The position numbers were made by a program, and so were the translations under genes. A stretch of 64,000 nt of DNA from an uncultured Gemmatimonadales bacterium (GTDB lineage Bacteria > Gemmatimonadota > Gemmatimonadetes > Gemmatimonadales > GWC2-71-9), in the NCBI GenBank assembly GCA_963825055.1, contig CAWGSK010000011.1, positions 121,479 through 185,478 on the forward strand. The letters run 5' to 3'. Each line of letters starts with the position of its first letter. Position 1 is the first letter of the stretch. Below are positions 57,527-64,000 of the stretch, one piece after another. The notes under the pieces are model-generated. The model was not told the origin of the DNA. It did no database searches and saw only the letters and a program-made list of their open reading frames with translations.

Positions 57527-59629
57527 CTACTCGATCAGCACCCTGCCGTCGACAGCCACCGCGCGGTCGCCGAACGCCAGGACCGGGTTCATGTCGAGCT
57601 CGCGGATTTCGGGGAAGTCCACTGCGAGACGCGAGATCCGGAGGAGGATGTCCTCCAGCGCGCGCCGGTCAGCCGGGGGCGCACCCCGCACGCCGTCGAG
57701 CACCGCGCTTCCCCGGATGCCGCGCAGCATGTCGGCCGCTTCGCCGCGGTGGATCGGGACCAGGCGGAAGACGACGTCCTTCAGGGCCTCGACCAGGATG
57801 CCGCCGAGGCCGAACGCCACGAGTGGTCCGAGGGCGGGATCATGTGACAGCCCGATCAGGGTCTCGACTCCCCCGGGCACCATCTGCTGTACCAGCATCC
57901 CGTCAATCACCGCATCCGGGCGGTGGGTGCGGACCCGCTCCTCGATTTCGCCCCAGGCCCGGCGTGCCTCAGACGCGTCGTCGACCCCGACCCGCACCCC
58001 ACCCACGTCGGTTTTGTGTATGATGTCACGCGAGACCACCTTCATCACCACCGGATAGCCGAACCTGTCGCCCAGGACGGCAGCCTCGTCCGGCGTCCGG
58101 GCCAGCCCCGCCCCGGCCGTGGGAATACCGTAGGCGTCCAGCAGTTCGAGCGCCTCGAGCTCGGAAAGCTTCTGCCGGCCCTCCTCCCGTGCGGCGCCGA
58201 GGAGCGCCGCTGCCCTGTCCCGGTCCACGGCCAGGTTCTCCTCGACCGGGGCCGGCCGGTCGAGCCACTCCTGATAGAGGCACAGGGCGTTCAGTCCCCG
58301 CGCGGCCGACTCCGGGAAGATGTACGCGGGGATCCTCACCTCGTGCAGTTCGGCCCGCCCCTGCGGCAACCCCTCCCGGCCCATGAGTACGGCGAGCACG
58401 GGTTTGTCATCCCGGGTCTTGGCGGCGCTCACGACCGCCTCGGCGACGTCGGCCTGGCGGATCCCGAGCGGCGGGACGAAAATCGCAATGGCCGAGTCCA
58501 CCTGCGGATCGGCCAGGATGGCACCGAGGGCGGCGCGATATCCCGCCGGGGTTGCGCTCGCGACCATGTCGAGCGGGTTGCGGAGCGAGGCCTCCTCGGG
58601 GAAAAGCGGCTTGAGCTTCTCGATGGTCTCCGGGGCGAGCGGGGTCAGGTCCACGTTCCGGGCCTCGAGCGCATCCGCGGCCAGGATACCGGGACCGCCC
58701 GAGTTGGTGATCACCGCGGTCCGGCGGGAGCGCGGGAGCGCGGGACAGCCGAACGCCATCGCCAGGTCGAAGAGTTCCTCGACTGACTCGGCCCGGAAGA
58801 CACCGGCCTGCGCAAGAAGGGCATCCGTGGCCGAGTCGCTCGTGGCGAGGGCACCGGTGTGGGAGGATGCGGCCTGCGCCCCGATCTTCGAGCGGCCCGA
58901 CTTCACCACCACGATGGGCTTCTTCCGCGTCACCCGCGAGGCGATCTCGAGAAAGCGCCGCGGGTTCCCGAAGCTCTCCACATACATCAGGATCACCCCG
59001 ATGGTCGGGTCATCTTCCCAGTAGAGGAGGAGATCGTTGCCGCTGACATCCGGCTTGTTTCCCATGGAGACGAACTGCGCGATACCAATTCCGTATTCCT
59101 GGGCGTAGTCCAGCACACTCAGGCCAAGCGCGCCCGACTGGCTCACGAACGCGGCGTGGCCGAACGGCGGCATACTGGGGGCGAACGTCGCGTTCATCGC
59201 GAAGGCGGGGTCGGCATTCAGCACGCCCATGCAGTTGGGCCCGACCAGGCGCATGTCGTACTGGCGGACGATCTCCATCAGGTCAAGCTCGCGCTGCACG
59301 CCCTCGCCGCCCACCTCCCGGAACCCGGCCGAGATGACCACCAGCCCCCGGACACCTTTCTCGCCGCAGTCGCGGGCCACGTCGAGGACGAACTGCTTCG
59401 GCACCACGACGACGGCCGTGTCCACCGGGTCGGGAATGGCGCTGACCGAGGGCCACGCCTTGATCGAGTGGACCGAGGCGGCCTTGGGATTTACGGGATA
59501 GACCACCCCCGAGTAGCCGAACCGCAGCAGGTTGGACAACACCTGGTGTCCGATGGTATTAGTCGAGCGCGATGCGCCGACGACAGCGATGGACCGGGGC
59601 CGGAAGATGGAGTCGAGTGGATGGGCCAT
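57527..59629 (-). CDS. ADP-forming acetate/acyl-CoA ligase (fused alpha-beta, ATP-grasp)
   Basis: PRSIAVVGAS, GPNCMG, SQSGA, SMGNK, phospho-His motif AASSHTG, TNSGGPG, NPLD, HKTDVGGV, ELDMNP. No GNAT domain. Confidence 0.9.
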   Translation of the reverse strand: MAHPLDSIFRPRSIAVVGASRSTNTIGHQVLSNLLRFGYSGVVYPVNPKAASVHSIKAWPSVSAIPDPVDTAVVVVPKQFVLDVARDCGEKGVRGLVVISAGFREVGGEGVQRELDLMEIVRQYDMRLVGPNCMGVLNADPAFAMNATFAPSMPPFGHAAFVSQSGALGLSVLDYAQEYGIGIAQFVSMGNKPDVSGNDLLLYWEDDPTIGVILMYVESFGNPRRFLEIASRVTRKKPIVVVKSGRSKIGAQAASSHTGALATSDSATDALLAQAGVFRAESVEELFDLAMAFGCPALPRSRRTAVITNSGGPGILAADALEARNVDLTPLAPETIEKLKPLFPEEASLRNPLDMVASATPAGYRAALGAILADPQVDSAIAIFVPPLGIRQADVAEAVVSAAKTRDDKPVLAVLMGREGLPQGRAELHEVRIPAYIFPESAARGLNALCLYQEWLDRPAPVEENLAVDRDRAAALLGAAREEGRQKLSELEALELLDAYGIPTAGAGLARTPDEAAVLGDRFGYPVVMKVVSRDIIHKTDVGGVRVGVDDASEARRAWGEIEERVRTHRPDAVIDGMLVQQMVPGGVETLIGLSHDPALGPLVAFGLGGILVEALKDVVFRLVPIHRGEAADMLRGIRGSAVLDGVRGAPPADRRALEDILLRISRLAVDFPEIRELDMNPVLAFGDRAVAVDGRVLIE

Positions 59630-59690
59630 GGTAGGGGAATGCTCCCGGTTGAGGGGTCGGACGCGGGAAAGGTAAGCTACCTTCCGTCCC

Positions 59691-60752
59691 ATGCATGCCC
59701 TGGTGCTCGCCCTCGCCGTCCTCGTGGTCGTCGCCACGGCGCTGCCGCTGCTCCGCCGTGATGACTGGTGGGCCCGGTCGTTCGACTTCCCGAGACTCCA
59801 GGTGGTGGCAGTCGGCCTGGTGGCCCTCACCGGCCTCTTCGTGGACGGCACGGGCGGGATGCTCACGACCGTCGCAGTGGCGCTGCTGGCGGTGGCCCTG
59901 TTGCTGCAGGGATGGCGGATTCTGCCCTACACCGTCTTCTATCCGCGACAGGTTCACGACCGCGGGGCCCCCGATCCTGCCCGAACCCTCAGCCTGATCG
60001 TGGCCAACGTCCTCATGAAGAACCGGCGGGCGGACGACCTGCTGGCCATCATCCGCGCCCGGGATCCCGACCTCGTTCTCCTGCTCGAGCCGGACGCGTG
60101 GTGGGAGGAGCATTGCCGAGCGCTCGAGGAGACCTGGACGACCGTCGTCCGGCAGCCGCTCGACAACCGCTACGGCATGCTGCTCTATTCGCGCCTGCCC
60201 CTGGTGGATGTCGACATCAAGTACCTCATCCAGGACGACATCCCCTCGATCCACGCGCGGGTCCGCCTTCGCTCCGGAGACCTGGTCTGCCTCCACTGCG
60301 TGCACCCGGAACCTCCCTCACCCACCGAAGCGCCGGACTCGACCTCCCGTGACGCCGAGCTCCTCCTGGTGGGTCGGGCGGTGCGGGCGACGCAGGAGGT
60401 GGCGATCGTCGCGGGCGACCTGAACGATGTCGCCTGGAGTTACCGGACCACCCTCTTCCAGCGGATCAGTGGACTGCTCGATCCGCGACGTGGCCGGGGG
60501 ATGTACAACACGTTCAACGCACGCATTCCCTTTTTTCGTTTCCCGCTCGACCATGTCTTCCACAGTGACCGGTTCGAACTTGGCGCGCTCGAGCGGCTGG
60601 GCGCCTTCGGCTCGGACCACTTCCCGATCTACGTCGAACTGGTCTACCATCCCGAGGCCGCGGACCGTCAGGACCAGCCTTCAGCGCGCGACGGCGAGCG
60701 GGAGCGGGCCCGGGAAGAAATCGCCGAGGGTCTGCGCCGGGGCAACGGATAG
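59691..60752 (+). CDS. Endonuclease/exonuclease/phosphatase-family membrane protein
   Basis: N-terminal TMs, ANVL, GDLNDVAWS, PLDHVF, GSDHFP. Confidence 0.9.
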   Translation: MHALVLALAVLVVVATALPLLRRDDWWARSFDFPRLQVVAVGLVALTGLFVDGTGGMLTTVAVALLAVALLLQGWRILPYTVFYPRQVHDRGAPDPARTLSLIVANVLMKNRRADDLLAIIRARDPDLVLLLEPDAWWEEHCRALEETWTTVVRQPLDNRYGMLLYSRLPLVDVDIKYLIQDDIPSIHARVRLRSGDLVCLHCVHPEPPSPTEAPDSTSRDAELLLVGRAVRATQEVAIVAGDLNDVAWSYRTTLFQRISGLLDPRRGRGMYNTFNARIPFFRFPLDHVFHSDRFELGALERLGAFGSDHFPIYVELVYHPEAADRQDQPSARDGERERAREEIAEGLRRGNG

Positions 60753-60811
60753 CGGCTCGACAGGAACCACTTCCCCCGCTCTATTCCCTCCTCCACTCTC
60801 CAGGAGCGTCC

Positions 60812-61183
60812 GTGTTCGCGCGTCAGGTGTTCCGCTGGTCGGGGATCTACGGACTCGTGGTGGTTCTCCCCCTGTTCCTGCTCGAAGCCCGGATCGGGAC
60901 AGACCAGCCACCGGCCATCACCCATCCCGAGTTCTACTACGGCTTTGCCACGGTCACCCTGGCCTGGCAGGTCGCGTTCATGGTCATGGCGACCGACCCG
61001 CTTCGCTACCAGCCCCTGATGCCGGTGGCCGTGATCGAGAAGTGGGCGTATGTGGCGGCCATCGCGGCCCTCGCCCTCACGCGGGGGGTCGCGACCTCGA
61101 CCCTCGTCACCGCCGGAATCGATCTGGTGCTCGGCATCCTGTTCATGATCGCCTGGCGCCGCACCCCGGCCCGTGCCGCCTAG
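60812..61183 (+). CDS. Hypothetical membrane protein
   Basis: GIYG, HPEFYYGF, WQ, DP.RY, EK; four TMs. Confidence 0.75.
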   Translation: MFARQVFRWSGIYGLVVVLPLFLLEARIGTDQPPAITHPEFYYGFATVTLAWQVAFMVMATDPLRYQPLMPVAVIEKWAYVAAIAALALTRGVATSTLVTAGIDLVLGILFMIAWRRTPARAA

Positions 61184-61223
61184 CGGACCGGCCTCGCGGA
61201 CGCCCTCCACCCGGGAGCGACTC

Positions 61224-61661
61224 ATGCCCGTCATCCTGCTGTCCATCATCGCGGGCCTGGTCGCGGGCTCGGCCATCGGTGTCCAGAACCCGCTGGCGAG
61301 CATCATGGGCCAGCGCGTCGGGCTGCTGCAGAGCGCGTTCATCATCCATGTGGGCGGCGCGGTCATCGCCGGGCTGCTCCTGCTGGTGGTGCCCGGCGGG
61401 CACCTCGGCGCCTGGCGCACGGTGCCGTGGTACGCACTCGCCGCCGGCGCCCTCGGCGTCATCCTCATCACGTCGGTGAGCTTCACGATCCCACGGATCG
61501 GCATCGCCGCGACAGTCGGGCTCCTGGTGGCAGCCCAGCTGAGCGTCGGCGCCTGGCTCGACCACCACGGTTACCTCGAGGTAGCCGTGCGGACGTTCGA
61601 CCCCTGGCGCGCGCTCGGCATCGCCTTCCTCCTTGGCGGCACCTGGCTGGTGATGCGGTGA
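61224..61661 (+). CDS. DMT-family (YdcZ-like) transporter
   Basis: AG..IGVQ, PWY...G.LG, PRIG, QL....LDHHG. Confidence 0.85.
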   Translation: MPVILLSIIAGLVAGSAIGVQNPLASIMGQRVGLLQSAFIIHVGGAVIAGLLLLVVPGGHLGAWRTVPWYALAAGALGVILITSVSFTIPRIGIAATVGLLVAAQLSVGAWLDHHGYLEVAVRTFDPWRALGIAFLLGGTWLVMR

Positions 61662-61665
61662 AGCA

Positions 61666-62928
61666 GTGAGCGGGGCCGGACGGGGTGGTTCCGGGGGGCA
61701 GCCGAGCCGGATCGTGGTCGTCGGCGCCGGGGCCGCCGGGCTCATGGCCGCGATTGCCGCTGCCGCGGCGGGGGGCGACGTTCTCCTGCTCGAGCGTACC
61801 CGGGATGGCGGCCGCAAGATCCTGATCAGCGGCGGTGGCCGCTGCAACATCCTCCCCGCCCGGCTCGATGAACGGCGCTTCGTCACCGACTCGAGCCCGA
61901 ATACCCTCCGGAAGATCCTGCGAAGCTGGCCCCTGCGTGAACAGGTGGCCTTTTTCGAGACGGAGCTCGGTCTCATCCTGGAGGAGGAGGTCGAGACCGG
62001 GAAGCTGTTCCCCTCCACCCATCGCGCGCGCAACGTCCGGGACGGACTGGTCGAGCTCGCCGTACGCCGGGGGGTCCGGTTCCGCCCGGATACCAGGGTG
62101 ACTGACCTCCGCCCGATGGGCCACGGCTGGAACGTCATTCCTGAAACTGGAAGGCCGCTCGAGGCAACAGCGGTCATCATCGCCACGGGCGGGCTCTCCG
62201 TCCCCACGACGGGAAGCGATGGCGCCGGCCTGTCGATCGTGGAACGGCTCGGCCACACGATGCACCCGACCTACCCCGCCCTGACACCCATCACCGAGAC
62301 GCCGCCTTCCATGGCCGGCCTGGCCGGGATCTCCCTCACAGTGACGCTCACGGCGCGGAGCGAAACCCGGAGCGCCACCGCGACCGGGGGCTTTCTCTTT
62401 ACGCACCGGGGATACAGCGGCCCCGCCGTGCTCGACGTTTCCCACGTCCTGGTGCGCGCGCGCCAGGAGGGGCGCCCCGCCCGGCTCTCCGTCCAGTGGA
62501 CAGCGCACGATCCGGCCGCATGGGAATCCCTGCTCCGGGCGGACGGAGCCCGGTCCGTGGCGGGCCTCCTGCGGCAGGAGTTGCCGGACCGCCTAGTCCC
62601 TGTTCTGCTCTCCCGTGCCGGTGTCCCGGCGGACCGGACCCTGGCCCAGCTCCGCCGGGAGGAACGTCACAACCTCGTCCGAACACTCGTTGATGCCGAA
62701 CTGCCCTGGAATGGCGATGAGGGATACCGCAAGGCGGAAGTGACCGGAGGCGGGATCAGCCTGGCCGAGGTCGATCCGGCAACGCTCGAAAGCCGTCGGC
62801 TGCCAGGGCTCTATCTCTGTGGCGAGATCCTGGACGCCTTCGGGCCGATCGGCGGCTACAACTTCTGCTGGGCCTGGGCGACAGGCCGGGCCGCCGGCCG
62901 CGCGGCCGCCCTCGCCAGCCGCGATTGA
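61666..62928 (+). CDS. HI0933/YhiN-family flavoprotein
   Basis: GAGAAG, KILISGGGRCN, ATGG.S.P.TGSDG, LFTH.G.SGP, VTGGG, GEILD..G.IGGYN. Confidence 0.92.
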   Translation: MSGAGRGGSGGQPSRIVVVGAGAAGLMAAIAAAAAGGDVLLLERTRDGGRKILISGGGRCNILPARLDERRFVTDSSPNTLRKILRSWPLREQVAFFETELGLILEEEVETGKLFPSTHRARNVRDGLVELAVRRGVRFRPDTRVTDLRPMGHGWNVIPETGRPLEATAVIIATGGLSVPTTGSDGAGLSIVERLGHTMHPTYPALTPITETPPSMAGLAGISLTVTLTARSETRSATATGGFLFTHRGYSGPAVLDVSHVLVRARQEGRPARLSVQWTAHDPAAWESLLRADGARSVAGLLRQELPDRLVPVLLSRAGVPADRTLAQLRREERHNLVRTLVDAELPWNGDEGYRKAEVTGGGISLAEVDPATLESRRLPGLYLCGEILDAFGPIGGYNFCWAWATGRAAGRAAALASRD

Positions 62929-63017
62929 CCTGTCCGCGCGGGATGGTTGCGTCCGTCATGGCTTGCGAATAACTCTCCCTTTAACACACATCGCGCCACC
63001 CACGCCCGGACGGCTCC

Positions 63018-63524
63018 ATGGACAGCGAACGCCGGCTTCTCGAACACTTCCTTGCCGCCATCGCCTACCGCACACAGAAGGCCGTACGCGGGGCCCCTCC
63101 CGAATTCGGTGGCTTCCGTGCCGCGCCCGGGGTGCGAACCCCGCACGAGCTGCTGCGGCACATGAGCGACGTGCTGGGCTACGCGCGCGGACTCTTCTCG
63201 GGTGAACAGTGGCGGGCAACCCTCCTCCCGACGTTCGAGGAGGAGGTCGCGCGTTTCCACGAGGTCCTGGAGGGACTGGCAGGCGAGGTCGTCGCCGCGA
63301 GCTTCGAGGAAGTGACTCCTGCCCGCCTGCTGCAGGGGCCGCTCGCCGATGCCATGACACATGCCGGGCAGCTCGCCATGCTGCGACGGCTCGCCGGATC
63401 GCCCATCCCGCCGGAGAACTTCATCGAGGCGGAGATTGACCCTGCCAACCTCGGCCCCGCCCAGCCGCCACCAGCCCAGCCTGACGAAGACTGGTACGAA
63501 GCCGAAGACGAACCGTGGAGATAG
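63018..63524 (+). CDS. DinB-like protein
   Basis: LAAIAYR, RTP.ELL.HM, LLQGPLADAMTHAGQLAMLRRLAGSP. Confidence 0.8.
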   Translation: MDSERRLLEHFLAAIAYRTQKAVRGAPPEFGGFRAAPGVRTPHELLRHMSDVLGYARGLFSGEQWRATLLPTFEEEVARFHEVLEGLAGEVVAASFEEVTPARLLQGPLADAMTHAGQLAMLRRLAGSPIPPENFIEAEIDPANLGPAQPPPAQPDEDWYEAEDEPWR

Positions 63525-63562
63525 GACAGGCGGACAGGCGGACAGGCGGACAGGCGGACAGC
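63524..63562 (+). repeat. Octamer tandem repeat (GGACAGGC)x4 plus a partial unit
   Basis: Read directly, starting at the stop codon of the DinB-like gene. Confidence 0.95.
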
Positions 63563-63616
63563 GAGGCAAAGACTGCGGCGAACCACTGACGATTAATCGC
63601 TACCAACCAGGAACCC

Positions 63617-64000
63617 ATGAAATTTCCCCTTCTCCTGCTCGCCACTCTCACCCTGCCGGCGGCCATCGCCGCCCAGCAGGCGCACGTCCCCGTCGACTCC
63701 ATCCCGGCCGACCCTGCGGACGTCACAACCCTCGCTGCGGTCATGCGCGCGTTCTACGCCTCGATCTCGGGCCCCGCCGGACAGCCGAGGCAGTGGGCCC
63801 GGGATCGCTCCCTGTATACGCCGGACATGCGCTTTACGGCACTCAGCATGCGGAACGGCCGGCCGGTCCATCGGACCATGACCCATCAGGAGTTCGTCGA
63901 CCGGACCGACGCGGGGCTGGTCGAGCACGGTTTCTTCGAGGAGGAAGTGCACCGGGAGGTGGACCGGTTCGGGAACATGGCAAGCGTGTGGAGCACGTAC
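63617..64000 (+). CDS. Secreted hypothetical protein, NTF2/SnoaL-like (3' end runs off the window)
   Basis: MKFPLLLL signal, DV.T...M.AFY..ISGPAG..R.W, GFFEEE, FGNMASVWSTY. Confidence 0.75.
   Translation, partial: MKFPLLLLATLTLPAAIAAQQAHVPVDSIPADPADVTTLAAVMRAFYASISGPAGQPRQWARDRSLYTPDMRFTALSMRNGRPVHRTMTHQEFVDRTDAGLVEHGFFEEEVHREVDRFGNMASVWSTY

Noticed and set aside
57527..59629. Pat/Pka protein lysine acetyltransferase, or the missing aryl-CoA ligase of the BCR pathway
   Set aside because: It has no GNAT domain and retains the catalytic His, so it is a CoA ligase. It lies ~36 kb from the operon with nothing linking it to aromatic substrates.

Overview
High-GC bacterial chromosome segment. The gene style (SusC/SusD pair, multidomain Ser/Thr kinases, many lipoproteins) suggests Gemmatimonadota; this is an inference, not a database result. 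Left to right: (1) a starch-utilisation locus on the minus strand (SusC-like TonB receptor, SusD, two lipoprotein GH13 amylases); (2) two heavily frameshifted gene remnants; (3) a FAD oxidoreductase and a secreted beta-propeller protein; (4) a tightly coupled 10-gene minus-strand operon for anaerobic ring reduction (paaX-like, oah, dch, bcrC, bcrB, bcrA, bcrD, small CxxC protein, had, hemerythrin-like) with divergent MaoC and nearby thioesterase genes; (5) a cold-shock block (desaturase, Csp, bS21, DEAD-box helicase) lying between two copies of a ~57-bp direct repeat, with a promoter-terminator leader before csp; (6) two divergent Ser/Thr kinases, one frameshifted; (7) a BNR-propeller/MoaD pair; (8) a long run of GNATs, membrane and envelope proteins, a sulfatase-like protein, an amidohydrolase, an ADP-forming acyl-CoA ligase and other housekeeping-type genes. 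I found no rRNA, tRNA, CRISPR array, integrase or transposase. The best candidate for a new system is the benzoyl-CoA reductase operon. It is led by a Cys-insert PaaX regulator and carries a zinc-ribbon-fused Oah, a short BcrA, an unknown CxxC mini-protein and a diiron hemerythrin-like protein, which together suggest a redox-aware, oxygen-protected dearomatisation module. All family assignments come from recalled motifs; no searches were run.
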